IMG/VR virus record: IMGVR_UViG_3300042514_000067
Location: 1 to 57,647 of that record
Length of the DNA: 57,647 nucleotides
Reading direction: 5' to 3' (one strand)
Origin: a virus
Lineage: Duplodnaviria > Caudoviricetes
Below the pieces are notes generated by a model, which saw nothing but the letters and a program-made list of their open reading frames with translations, was not told the origin of the DNA and made no database searches. The translations under genes and the position numbers were made by a program. Each line of letters starts with the position of its first letter. The stretch's first letter is position 1. Below are positions 27,392 to 36,937 of this stretch, piece by piece.

Positions 27392-28477
27392 TTAGACCAA
27401 GTTGTTCAAAGCAAGTGCGCCAAGACCGCCACCGTTAGACATAGCCACACCGCCATTAGCACCGCCCCAAAGCTTGCTAACACCCGCCGCGCCAAGACCC
27501 AGAGCAGTAATATTCTGTGCTGTAGAAGGAGGAGCTTGGTACACGGAAGCGCCGGTCTGAGTCAATGGTACGCCACGGATAATATCGGACATAAACGACA
27601 GATTTTTGTACGGGTAGTTTTGGGCGTTGGTAAAGTCTTGATATTTTGTATCAATATCTTTTTGCATCTGCGCTTGTTGTTGCAAGCCGTATTGGTTTTG
27701 CAGTGCGTTAATGCCCATGTTCTGCTGGTACTGCTGTTGGCCTAATTGACCCAAGCCTTGAGCACCGGACAAAGCCGTCTGTAAACCTTGCAAGCCTAGA
27801 CCCGCACCAAACTGTTGCTGTTGGGCGTTAAGTTGTTGGGCCGCTTGGTTCTGCGCTTGAGATTGATTGAACTGTTGCTGAGCCTGTTGATACGCAGCTT
27901 GTAGGCCTTGGGCAGAAATGTCGCCTTTTTGACGGGCTAAATTACCGGCTGCTTGAGAACGCATTAAGTAATCACCGCTGCCACCAAACGCACCTGATTT
28001 AGCAGCTTGGGCACCCTGAACTTGTTGGGCAATTCCAGCTTGGCGTTGAGCGTCCGCTTGTTGGCGTGCAACAACTGTGTCCATATAAGGAGACATGTAC
28101 TGACCGACTGCGCCTGTACCAGCTTGAAATTTACCTTGCGCGTCGTAACTCGGCGCTGCATTTGTACCGCTTGTAAATTGCTGTGCTTCGTATGGGTTAA
28201 ACGTGTACTGTGTATTAAGTGCGCCAAGACCAGCTTGGCCAGCCATGGCAGTTGCATCTTGCAATTGACCTTGAGGTTGCATTAACGCCGCATTCTCATA
28301 AGACATCTGCTGCAGTGGAGAGAACTGCGCATTACGCTCACCCTGATACTGCATGTATGGGTTGTACTCAACATCAGTCAACGCTTGGGCTTGACCTAAT
28401 AAAGTTTCCGCATACGGTGCAATTTGGGACGCAAAGCCCGTTTGATATTCTGTTACTGAAGATGGAGTTGTAGCCAT
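27392..28477 (-). CDS. putative DNA-transfer/pilot protein
   Basis: Gln/Gly/Ala-rich; YMSPY, GAFGGS motif typical of podovirus ejection proteins. Confidence 0.7.
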   Translation of the reverse strand: MATTPSSVTEYQTGFASQIAPYAETLLGQAQALTDVEYNPYMQYQGERNAQFSPLQQMSYENAALMQPQGQLQDATAMAGQAGLGALNTQYTFNPYEAQQFTSGTNAAPSYDAQGKFQAGTGAVGQYMSPYMDTVVARQQADAQRQAGIAQQVQGAQAAKSGAFGGSGDYLMRSQAAGNLARQKGDISAQGLQAAYQQAQQQFNQSQAQNQAAQQLNAQQQQFGAGLGLQGLQTALSGAQGLGQLGQQQYQQNMGINALQNQYGLQQQAQMQKDIDTKYQDFTNAQNYPYKNLSFMSDIIRGVPLTQTGASVYQAPPSTAQNITALGLGAAGVSKLWGGANGGVAMSNGGGLGALALNNLV

Positions 28478-28486
28478 GTCTATTCC

Positions 28487-31066
28487 TTATGCGGGAAGAT
28501 GTTTGTCGGCACGGCTGTTCTTAGCCACTTTGCCTTTACCGATTGAACCTTTGCGGGCAGCTTGAACTCTGTCCATCATTGCGTATAGCTTGCGTGCGCC
28601 AGCTTCGGTTGAGCCATTACCCAACTCAGACACAATACGTGCAGGCACTACAAATTCACCGTCGGCCAAACGTGCGGGGCGCTTGTTACCAATCGTTGCG
28701 GGGATAGAGTCAGATACGCCATCACCGGGGCCGCGCAAAAGTCTACCGCCGTCAGAGTAACCACCAAGGTTAAACTGGCTAGACATACCACCACCAGCCA
28801 TAGTCAGAGCAGCTAGGCCACCACCTGCGGCAACTTGAGCACCTTTTTCGTCAAACTTATTACCGCCAGAGGTGTAGTAGAAGCCGTCGTCACGCAAGTA
28901 TGCTGACTCATTATTCCCTTGATTATCAAGAACGGTAATTGATTTACCAGCAGTCGCAGCAGCTTTAGTTGTTTCTTTGTCCGCTGCAGCTTTTTTAGCA
29001 GCTAGTACATAAGATGGTTCTACGAAGTCAGGGTTAAGCTCGTACTTACCATTCTTAAACAAGTACTTTTTGTTTTTATTTTTCTCTTGCGCTGGGAACC
29101 GACCGACAGACTCCCAATATGGTTTTTGGATTTCACCAGTAGGTGTATATGGAGTTGGGTCGTATGGTGTTTTACCCATCAAGTAATCAAGCGCAGCTTT
29201 AGAACCGCCAGTGTTCTTGTACCTTGCATTTAATTCATCAAGTGTTTTAGGAACAAAAAGGTTTTTATTAACACCTAGGCTACCACCACCAGCGGTGTAT
29301 GCGCTTTTTACTGCGTCTGCGCCAGTAAACCCACCGTATGGACGACCGGGAATGTTTGGCGTTACTGTGCGTGTGTCATCAGGATTTGTAATGATGTCGC
29401 CGGGGGTGGCAGTAGAAACCGTACGGCCAAGGTAATCAACCCCCGTAGCAGGGCCAGAGCCGTAGTTGCCAAACGCACCGTTGTCGTAAACAGTAGCGTT
29501 AGAAAGTTGTGTGGCTCCGGGAACTACACTAATTGGAGCTTGGACAACAGGGGGTTTTACTGCTGTATCAGGAAACAATTCGGCCAAAGTCTTACCTGTA
29601 GCCGCTTTTAAATCGCCAGCGCTCAAGCCAATACGGTTCATTTCAGCCACCGCAGCTCTACGAGCTTCTTGCCCAGTCATATCTCCAGAAGCTATCTGGC
29701 CTTGCAGACCTTGGGCAGCGTAGTTAATGTTGGAATATAAACCTTCTAAACCACCCTTATCACCGGGTTGTGCGCCGGGAGTGTAGCCAATGTCTGTATA
29801 AAAGTCTGTACCTTTGATACCACCAACGTCGTTTAAATTATGAGTAAGCGCATACTGCGCAGCTTGCGACATGCCTGTATTTTGGAGTGCGCTAGCTAAC
29901 CCTTGATTTTGCAACCCAACATCTTTGGTTGCTGCTAAGAACTCACTAGCATCGGTAGTTGGAGTGCTAACGGCTGTAGTAAAACGACGTTCATAGTCTG
30001 CTAGTTGATTTTGCGTACCTGTAGCCTTTGCAACATCTGCAAGGCTGTAGTTTCTATCTTGTAAGGCTTGAGCAATAGCAGCGTCGTTACCTGACTTTAA
30101 AAGTGCTTGTGTAGCAGGGTCTGCAAAGTATTTATAGATTGGGTTATTTACATCTAAAGGGCCACCATCAGCGTACCCCGCAATACCACCTTCGGCCATA
30201 CGCATAACAGGTTCACTCTGCTGAGTGAAGTCCAACTGGCCGGGGCTATAGCCTCCGTTGTTCATACCCATCAAACCACCATCCGCTGCCTTAGTAGGAG
30301 CAGTTTCGTAAGGAGTCCCGGCTGTGTATGTACCGCCGTAAGGGTCGTAAGAATAGGGGCGAATCATGCCGGGTTTAGTAACAGTTTGTGGGCCTTTAGC
30401 TTGTACATTTGCACCAGCCATAATTGCTGGGCCAGCGGCGGCGGCTAAATACTTTAAATTGTCTTTGGTGGCGTAGCCCATTGGGTTTTCAGCAACAGAT
30501 TTTGCACCCGCAGATAACTTGTCAAAGGGAGACGCCGCAGCTACGCGTTCTGCTACCTGTTGTTGTAGCGCCTGATTAGTTGCCTCTACGTTTCCTAGGC
30601 TTTGAATACCAGCATCCGTCACGCCAGCATCCGCTAGGTTAAACGCCATATCACCGGTAAGTCCAGCCCCAGCCTTAGCAGCTTCACTACCAATAGTTCC
30701 TGCGCCAGCAGTAGTTAAACCAGCAGTTAAACCGGCACCGCCATAAGCACCAAGACCTGCGGAGATACCTTTACCAATATCACCCGTGCGTACCGTTTGA
30801 ACACCACCAACAATACCGGCAGCCATCATAGGATTAATTGCGCCACCAGAGAAAAAGGTTAAACCCGCGCCAATAATAGTTGGCAACAATTTATCCAAGA
30901 AGCCAGCTTCGGGTAAACCCGTATCAGGGTTAATAGTCAGTGAGCCGCCATTCTTCATAGCCAAAGCTTGTAGCCCCTGCACTTCACGTGGGGACATGTG
31001 GATAAGCATCGAGTCAGGGCCGCGACCCTTTGATGCCATGTGGTCGGCTAGTACAGCAAGGCTCAT
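28487..31066 (-). CDS. putative ejection protein with xAxGG repeats and GDG.SDSIPA...GEFVV domain
   Basis: N-terminal GRGPDSMLIH...TINPDTGLPEA, Gly-rich TM-like segment, C-terminal GPGDGVSDSIPA...LADGEFVVPA. Confidence 0.7.
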   Translation of the reverse strand: MSLAVLADHMASKGRGPDSMLIHMSPREVQGLQALAMKNGGSLTINPDTGLPEAGFLDKLLPTIIGAGLTFFSGGAINPMMAAGIVGGVQTVRTGDIGKGISAGLGAYGGAGLTAGLTTAGAGTIGSEAAKAGAGLTGDMAFNLADAGVTDAGIQSLGNVEATNQALQQQVAERVAAASPFDKLSAGAKSVAENPMGYATKDNLKYLAAAAGPAIMAGANVQAKGPQTVTKPGMIRPYSYDPYGGTYTAGTPYETAPTKAADGGLMGMNNGGYSPGQLDFTQQSEPVMRMAEGGIAGYADGGPLDVNNPIYKYFADPATQALLKSGNDAAIAQALQDRNYSLADVAKATGTQNQLADYERRFTTAVSTPTTDASEFLAATKDVGLQNQGLASALQNTGMSQAAQYALTHNLNDVGGIKGTDFYTDIGYTPGAQPGDKGGLEGLYSNINYAAQGLQGQIASGDMTGQEARRAAVAEMNRIGLSAGDLKAATGKTLAELFPDTAVKPPVVQAPISVVPGATQLSNATVYDNGAFGNYGSGPATGVDYLGRTVSTATPGDIITNPDDTRTVTPNIPGRPYGGFTGADAVKSAYTAGGGSLGVNKNLFVPKTLDELNARYKNTGGSKAALDYLMGKTPYDPTPYTPTGEIQKPYWESVGRFPAQEKNKNKKYLFKNGKYELNPDFVEPSYVLAAKKAAADKETTKAAATAGKSITVLDNQGNNESAYLRDDGFYYTSGGNKFDEKGAQVAAGGGLAALTMAGGGMSSQFNLGGYSDGGRLLRGPGDGVSDSIPATIGNKRPARLADGEFVVPARIVSELGNGSTEAGARKLYAMMDRVQAARKGSIGKGKVAKNSRADKHLPA

Positions 31067-31100
31067 AGTTGCCTCTCAAAATGGGGGTTGTTTGATAATA

Positions 31101-31364
31101 TCATGCTTTAATTCTTAGGGGGTAACTTGTTGCAGTTCCGCCTGAAATGTCGTAGTACACATCGCCCGATCTAAGGGTGTCAAAGTCAGCGCTTGTTGGC
31201 AGGGTGTTGGTGTTTAGATTTAACGTTGCACCGCCAATATCACCGGGGTTGTTCAGTTGGTTAAAGTACAGGCGTAAAACATTGTTTAGCTGAGCAAAAT
31301 AACGGCTATCGTATTCCGCTGGAGCCAGAGGCAAGTTAGGTGGGGATGCGTTTAACTCAGCCAT
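31101..31364 (-). CDS. hypothetical virion protein
   Basis: PNLPLAP.EY...LRLYFNQL follows tail tubular gene. Confidence 0.75.
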   Translation of the reverse strand: MAELNASPPNLPLAPAEYDSRYFAQLNNVLRLYFNQLNNPGDIGGATLNLNTNTLPTSADFDTLRSGDVYYDISGGTATSYPLRIKA

Positions 31365-33442
31365 TAGCGCCTGCCATCCGGTCTAATGTCAATACGCGGT
31401 GCACCCAGTTGCCAAGCAGTGTTAATCTGATTGGAGCTAATCTTAAAGATCATCTGACGACCGCGCATGCGTGTGTAAATCTGCCCTGTAAACTGTTCTG
31501 TGATGACGTATGTATTGCTTTTAGATACAGGTTGCGAAGCAGTGCTTGTAACCCCCGAGCCAGAGTTAGCCAACCCTTGCAGCGTCATCGACACTGAAGG
31601 CACAGCGCCAGTGGGCGAGTTTGTGGAATCCTCAAACGTCAAGTCTGGAAGCACGCGCCAGACGAAACCAAAGTTATGGCCATCGCCAATATCAAACTCA
31701 GACGAAGAAATATAAGCGTCAAGCGGCAGAGTTGTAGCAGTTGCGCTGTCATTCAGACCACTTTCGTGATACACCGTTAGCCCCGTACCAGCAGTGCTGT
31801 CGTAGGTTGTAGCCATTGGAAAGTCACGCAGGCCCGAGTCCAACCAAGCCGTGCGGCTCATTGTGCCGTAATACCAGATTTTTTCAAGATAGTTGTACAC
31901 CACATAGCGGTCAACTTGCGTACTGCCAGATGAGCAATAGAACCACCAGATTTCGTTGAAGCCTTCGTTGGTTCCTGCAAATACTTGAGACGATTGGCTT
32001 GTGTTGAAGTCTTGGAACACGTATCGGCGTAGGTCACAATTAAGTGTTTGCACACGGCCATCGTACATGTAGAACTTATCTACACCCATCCAGTACACAA
32101 TACCCGAAGCAATGATGATGGCGTTCTGACCCTGAATTGAGACGTTATCGCCCATCAGTTGCGTTGCCCAAACGTAAGGGGGGCCAAGGTATTGCAAAGA
32201 ATACGCAGCCGAATCGGTTAACACAAAGATCTCTTGACGGGTTTGTACAGCGCAAATGATCTCGGAGCCGTGCGACAGCCGTGTAAAGCCTGCTTGGTTT
32301 GTTGGGTCAGGTGTCCAGTTGTGAATGTCGTTTTGACCTGACCAACGGATTAGCATTGGATCAATCTCTGTAGAGCCGTAATCGTTTGTGCCGAACACAA
32401 TAATAAAACGCGAAGAGTCAGATACTGTCAATGTGTTCTGAACAACAGGGCAGTCAACAATGTTAGACACTGCGCCCGTGCCCGCAGAAGTTGTGTTGAC
32501 CGCAGCACCTCCAGCCGTAAGAAGCTTGAACGTCAAACCGTTAACTTCAAAGACATAGTATGTAGTACCCGCAGTGATGCCCGTCGGCAAAGAGCCACCA
32601 GAGAATTGAAGCGCTGCGCCCTCTGTAAACAGAACGGTAGAAGTCACCACCGTTGGCGAAGCGTTTGTAAAGCTTACTGTACCGCCAAGAGAACTGAGTA
32701 AAACACCACGAGTGTTCACCCCAGTGTTTGCATCCCAATAGTAGAGGCCGCCACCACGGGGGCCAAACACTAAATCTTGGCCGTAGTTAATCTGACTCCA
32801 CAAACGGATTGGGAACAACGTACTTGCGCCCGTACCCCAAGGCCCAGAACCCCAAGGGCCAGCGCCCCAACCTGTGATCGGAACCGCGTACTCTGCGCCA
32901 ACGTTAATTTGGTAAGCAGCTACAACAGAAGCACCGCCCGTAGAACCTGCTGGGATAACCGTTGGCGCAGTAGATATGGTGTACGTATTCGCACTGGTAA
33001 TTGTGATCTGAAACTGTGCGTTGTACGTAGTTGCGTACGTGCCTGTAGCGCCACTGAAGGTCACAAAATCCCCAGTAACACCGCCGTGTGCAGTGTCGGT
33101 TACGGTCACAGTAGTTGTGCCGTCGCCTGTAAACGGGTTGTTGTTGATTGTGCTGCTTGCCCTGATTGGCGTGATGTCGTTATAGGCACCACCCTTTTCA
33201 ATGTAGAACTTAAGGTTTGTACCAACACCAAGAAGATTTGGGCCATTAAGCGTGATCCAATTCCAAAGCGAACGGCATACGCCTAGGAACGTATTTGTAG
33301 AAAGCCTTGTCCACCCACCAATAACTTCTGGGTTGCCTTGACGGAAGCGAACTTTGTCGCACTCGTACCAACCGCCTTCAGTTGTGTATCGCGTGTTTTC
33401 TTTATTCACGCCGGGCTTGAACAGTATTTTCTGTAATGGCAT
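31364..33442 (-). CDS. Tail tubular B / packaged-DNA stabilization (P22 gp10-like) protein
   Basis: FKPGVNKE..., IRWS, beta-propeller-like content, FNEIWWFY, RTAWLD, C-terminal R.DIRPDGRR. Confidence 0.75.
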   Translation of the reverse strand: MPLQKILFKPGVNKENTRYTTEGGWYECDKVRFRQGNPEVIGGWTRLSTNTFLGVCRSLWNWITLNGPNLLGVGTNLKFYIEKGGAYNDITPIRASSTINNNPFTGDGTTTVTVTDTAHGGVTGDFVTFSGATGTYATTYNAQFQITITSANTYTISTAPTVIPAGSTGGASVVAAYQINVGAEYAVPITGWGAGPWGSGPWGTGASTLFPIRLWSQINYGQDLVFGPRGGGLYYWDANTGVNTRGVLLSSLGGTVSFTNASPTVVTSTVLFTEGAALQFSGGSLPTGITAGTTYYVFEVNGLTFKLLTAGGAAVNTTSAGTGAVSNIVDCPVVQNTLTVSDSSRFIIVFGTNDYGSTEIDPMLIRWSGQNDIHNWTPDPTNQAGFTRLSHGSEIICAVQTRQEIFVLTDSAAYSLQYLGPPYVWATQLMGDNVSIQGQNAIIIASGIVYWMGVDKFYMYDGRVQTLNCDLRRYVFQDFNTSQSSQVFAGTNEGFNEIWWFYCSSGSTQVDRYVVYNYLEKIWYYGTMSRTAWLDSGLRDFPMATTYDSTAGTGLTVYHESGLNDSATATTLPLDAYISSSEFDIGDGHNFGFVWRVLPDLTFEDSTNSPTGAVPSVSMTLQGLANSGSGVTSTASQPVSKSNTYVITEQFTGQIYTRMRGRQMIFKISSNQINTAWQLGAPRIDIRPDGRR

Positions 33443-33452
33443 GGGCTACCTT

Positions 33453-33890
33453 TTATTTACTGGCAACGCCTTTGGTCTTCTCAAAAGAACGCATACCGGC
33501 AATGCCCAAGATGCCTGATAATATCACCCAAAGCTGGTCTGCGTCTAGTACCGGCGGGGGATCCATTCCAACAGGAACCCAGCCCATAGCTTGCAAGTAT
33601 TTCCATGCCCACTGAAATAGCGGATACAGCAAAAACTGATAAGCCATAGCCGCTACACCGATCCAACCGATGGCCGGTCGCCAGCCGCTGACAAACACGC
33701 TACTAGAGGCAGCTTCAATTTTGTTGACCTCAATCTGCGCTAGGTCTGTGGCTTGGTCAATACGCTTTTCTTCAAGATCAAGCTTACGCTGCTCAATCTC
33801 CATCTCCATCTTTTCTTTGTCAGTGGTAATCAGGTCGCCTGCAACCTTGCCCACGGCTTCGATGATTGATCCAACGGCTAGTAAGCTCAT
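33453..33890 (-). CDS. Holin of GTA 3TM type
   Basis: QIEVNKIEA...FVSGWRPAIGW...ILGIAGMRSFEK. Confidence 0.85.
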   Translation of the reverse strand: MSLLAVGSIIEAVGKVAGDLITTDKEKMEMEIEQRKLDLEEKRIDQATDLAQIEVNKIEAASSSVFVSGWRPAIGWIGVAAMAYQFLLYPLFQWAWKYLQAMGWVPVGMDPPPVLDADQLWVILSGILGIAGMRSFEKTKGVASK

Positions 33891-34402
33891 TTCAAACCTT
33901 TCAATGTGCGGTTCAGCCAGCCCTTGAGGAACTTAACCTGCACGGGGTTCTTGTTGCATATCTCAACGTAGCGGGCTATTTTTGCCAAGGCATACTGCTC
34001 CTTAAACCGCTGGCCGTCTGGAATCTGATTGAGTCGCTCGATAGTCTTTGCACCAATACCACCGTCAGGGGTAGCCCCTACTACAAGTTGCGCCAGCTTC
34101 ACAGCCATGCCCATGCCAGCATTCACACCAAAGTTAAAGATGGTGTTAGCCACGTCTTGGTTGGAAATCTCGTTGCCGCGCATCTTGTCCCAGAACTCAA
34201 CACGGTAGAACTCCCGCACCATAGGGGTCAAAGAGCCACCAAATTCTTTCTTGTCCACAAGCGCCCAGCCATTCCACTGAGGGTTCTTGTTACGGGCGAT
34301 GCCTGCATAGGTCATGCCCCCTGTGTCGCCGGGGACTTCATGGAGGACGTAGCCGCCCTCGTCTTGCATCATCAATTCAAAGGCTGGTTCAAACTGTGCC
34401 AT
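33887..34402 (-). CDS. Endolysin, glycoside hydrolase family 108 + PG-binding
   Basis: EGGY...D.GG.TYAGI, FGVNAG, DG.IG..T, FLKGWLNR. Confidence 0.92.
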   Translation of the reverse strand: MAQFEPAFELMMQDEGGYVLHEVPGDTGGMTYAGIARNKNPQWNGWALVDKKEFGGSLTPMVREFYRVEFWDKMRGNEISNQDVANTIFNFGVNAGMGMAVKLAQLVVGATPDGGIGAKTIERLNQIPDGQRFKEQYALAKIARYVEICNKNPVQVKFLKGWLNRTLKGLK

Positions 34403-34499
34403 TGTTATCCCTTATCCAAGCTGAAATTAAGCCGTACAAAAATGACAGCGTGGCAACAAGCAAGACTCCAAACGCAACGCCAATAAACGTGTCAGTCAT
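34389..34499 (-). CDS. 36-aa single-TM peptide (not in ORF track)
   Basis: AAGGA RBS; MTDTFIGVAFGVLLVATLSFLYGLISAWIRDNNGTV; overlaps endolysin start. Confidence 0.7.
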   Translation of the reverse strand: MTDTFIGVAFGVLLVATLSFLYGLISAWIRDNNGTV

Positions 34500-34509
34500 T
34501 ACTTTTCCT

Positions 34510-35121
34510 TTACTGTTTGTTCTTACTTAACATGGTTGCCGCAATATCCATCATGGTTCTTGCCACCTGAATGTCGGCGGGTTCATTATCCCACCCCACA
34601 GTAATTTGACCTACAAATCTGCTTGGATCAGGTGGCACACTGATTCGGCAAGTGTAGGTAACGCCCTTGGCGATGTACCACAAACCCATCTCAGACTGCG
34701 CTGACTTGTATTCTCCGCAAGGTATCTCACTAGCCATCAGCTTCACCACATCTGCGTTGTTAGCAGAGTTCTGTGTAAACAGACCTACATCCAAACCGTC
34801 GTTAACTTTGTCTCGACCCTCTTTGGTGTAAGCGCGGTACAGCACTCTGGTTCCAAACATAGGGTTGACTTTAAACACGGCAACAATCGTAGCGTTGGTG
34901 GTCTTGAACAAGTGCGCCGCAGCGTCTTCCACCCTGTCCTCAACAATGCTCGGCATCTTCTTAGACTCTTTATATGCGCCCATCAGCAGTTCTTGGTTCT
35001 GCCAAACAAAGTAACCAGAGAACGCAAAGATCGCCATGAGTATCAGCGCAAACAGTTTAAACGGGCTATCCACATAGGACAGCACCTTGCTTAGTACATC
35101 TGCTGGTTTCTCGTCACTCAT
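34510..35121 (-). CDS. putative T4 gpT-like (class III) holin
   Basis: One N-terminal TM then about 160-aa soluble domain with two Cys; FVWQNQ...YKESK, AVFKVNP, GQITVGW recall T4 T. Confidence 0.55.
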   Translation of the reverse strand: MSDEKPADVLSKVLSYVDSPFKLFALILMAIFAFSGYFVWQNQELLMGAYKESKKMPSIVEDRVEDAAAHLFKTTNATIVAVFKVNPMFGTRVLYRAYTKEGRDKVNDGLDVGLFTQNSANNADVVKLMASEIPCGEYKSAQSEMGLWYIAKGVTYTCRISVPPDPSRFVGQITVGWDNEPADIQVARTMMDIAATMLSKNKQ

Positions 35122-35255
35122 ATTCCAAACATCCCCAATACTTTTTTAGCAACCTCGTCTGGCAGGAAGCGGAGCAGGCCAAGCACCCACCACGCAATAC
35201 ACAGCCTGACAAAGACTTTACAGAAGAGGTCAAACTGCTTTTGGTATTCATTCAC
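35118..35255 (-). CDS. 45-aa membrane peptide (not in ORF track)
   Basis: GTG start coupled to upstream stop; MNEYQKQFDLFCKVFVRLCIAWWVLGLLRFLPDEVAKKVLGMFGI. Confidence 0.6.
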   Translation of the reverse strand: MNEYQKQFDLFCKVFVRLCIAWWVLGLLRFLPDEVAKKVLGMFGI

Positions 35256-35746
35256 CGACCACACCTTCTGCCGGTTGCACAAAACTCCATCAACTCATAG
35301 ATTCCGATGGCAACCAAAAACAAAACAAACGCACAGCCGCCAATAATCATGGCAAGCTCGTTCATCTGCTCTTCTTTCTCTTTGGCTTTTTTCTCAGCCC
35401 GCTCTAATGCACGGAGTTCTCTTGCATCATCTATGTCCATCTGGGCTTGGCGGTCTTTAATCTTATTCCAAACGTCAACTTTGCCTGTGGTCATAAAGAG
35501 CATCTTTAACTCTTCTTCAAACACTCTGGCCTGCTCAAGCGCCATCTCAATTTGTAGCGCGGTTCCCATGTTGGAACCCTTGGTTTTCTTCGCCTCAATC
35601 AACGCTTTTGTCGCGGTGCTCTTGGCATCAAACATCTTGCCAATCATTGGGGCAAGACTTCCTAAGTCATTGGCAACCTTGCTGGCCTTCTTGACCATGC
35701 TGATTGCGTTCTGTATGCCAGCTAGGGCTAACATCGGATCAATCAT
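35252..35746 (-). CDS. coiled-coil protein with C-terminal TM
   Basis: MIDP start, coiled coil, hydrophobic C-terminal segment; in lysis cassette. Confidence 0.75.
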   Translation of the reverse strand: MIDPMLALAGIQNAISMVKKASKVANDLGSLAPMIGKMFDAKSTATKALIEAKKTKGSNMGTALQIEMALEQARVFEEELKMLFMTTGKVDVWNKIKDRQAQMDIDDARELRALERAEKKAKEKEEQMNELAMIIGGCAFVLFLVAIGIYELMEFCATGRRCGR

Positions 35747-35898
35747 TTTCGCTCAACCTTTTCCCACTGTAGGCAAACAACTTTGCGGTTATAAACATCA
35801 CCCGTCCACGCCCACCGCACACAGCGGTATTCAGTCTTCCTATCTTGGCTGGCTGCTCCCGGTAGAAACACCAAAAAGAGCATCAGTAACCAGCGCAT
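35743..35898 (-). CDS. 51-aa secreted peptide with two Cys (not in ORF track)
   Basis: MRWLLMLFLVFLPGAAS signal-like; YRCVRWAWTGDVYNRKVVCLQW. Confidence 0.6.
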   Translation of the reverse strand: MRWLLMLFLVFLPGAASQDRKTEYRCVRWAWTGDVYNRKVVCLQWEKVERK

Positions 35899-35994
35899 TC
35901 ACCATGTCCCAGCCCATGCAATTATGTACGTGCCAAAGATCACGAAGGCCACAAGAAGGGCCGCCGCAATAAAAGCTTCAGCCCAATCCCACAT
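35899..35994 (-). CDS. 31-aa TM peptide (not in ORF track)
   Basis: MWDWAEAFIAAALLVAFVIFGTYIIAWAGTW fills gap exactly. Confidence 0.55.
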   Translation of the reverse strand: MWDWAEAFIAAALLVAFVIFGTYIIAWAGTW

Positions 35995-35996
35995 GA

Positions 35997-36272
35997 TTAT
36001 GTTGGTGGCACAGGCCAGTCGATAGCATCAGGGAAACCTTGTTGCGCAGGTACATCGCGTAAAGCTTGACGGTACGTTGCCCACGCCTGTTTGTCTACAG
36101 GGCTATCAGACACCTGCGTCCAATCCGATACAGCAAGTAATTGGTTTCTTTCACGACGTGCTAACTCAGCGTCATACGAAGTGTCTGCGCGGCGGCGCAA
36201 GACTTCTTCAATTTCTGCTGCTGTTAAATCAACACGCTCGCCTTCTACTATTTTAAAAAATTCGCTTGTCAT
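35997..36272 (-). CDS. Tail fibre assembly chaperone
   Basis: RRERNQLL..SDWTQ..D...W..YRQALRDVP.Q.GFP..I.WP. Confidence 0.88.
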   Translation of the reverse strand: MTSEFFKIVEGERVDLTAAEIEEVLRRRADTSYDAELARRERNQLLAVSDWTQVSDSPVDKQAWATYRQALRDVPAQQGFPDAIDWPVPPT

Positions 36273-36339
36273 TTTTAGAGCCTTTAAGTTGGAATGCCGT
36301 ATAAATAAAAATTACCACTCATTGCAACAGAAGTATTCA

Positions 36340-36924
36340 TCAAACATTACTAATACCGTACAAAGAGAAATTACCGAACATTCCGACACTAGTATTCATT
36401 ATAAATTTAATACGGTTAATTGTTGTGTTTGTGGCCAATGTAACTCCTGCAAAAAACGGAACTCGCCCACCGTTAAAGGGAACTGAAAATCCGCCAAGTG
36501 TAGGGCGGTTAAAATCCGTTGAATTTCCGGGATATATAGTTAATTCGCCATATACGCCCGTAGATGGTTGATTACCGCTATTGATATTGCCTTCGCAAAT
36601 TCGCCCCGACGCTTGGCCAGAAGTTGATTGCGCAGTTACAGGATTGCCACCTATTGTGCCCCATTGATACCCCGTAGTATAGTAACTAGCGCCGCTATCG
36701 GCTGAAAATTGGCATTCAAGCGCGCCGTTAGAGTTTGTGTAAAACCCGGTGTAAAATATTTTATATACCAGATAGCTACTCGATAATTGAATTTCTACCG
36801 CAGTACCCCCCGACGCTGCTGAATTACTTATAAATATCCATTTTGGCGAACTACCAGTAGCCGCAGTGGTCTGAATAGTTGAGTCGGGAAATTGAATTCC
36901 CGTTGATACAAGAGAGACTGCCAT
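36340..36924 (-). CDS. putative fibre tip / receptor-binding module
   Basis: GIQFPDSTIQTTAA N-terminus, beta-rich body, FSLYGI end. Confidence 0.65.
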   Translation of the reverse strand: MAVSLVSTGIQFPDSTIQTTAATGSSPKWIFISNSAASGGTAVEIQLSSSYLVYKIFYTGFYTNSNGALECQFSADSGASYYTTGYQWGTIGGNPVTAQSTSGQASGRICEGNINSGNQPSTGVYGELTIYPGNSTDFNRPTLGGFSVPFNGGRVPFFAGVTLATNTTINRIKFIMNTSVGMFGNFSLYGISNV

Positions 36925-36937
36925 TTAAATGCTCCTA

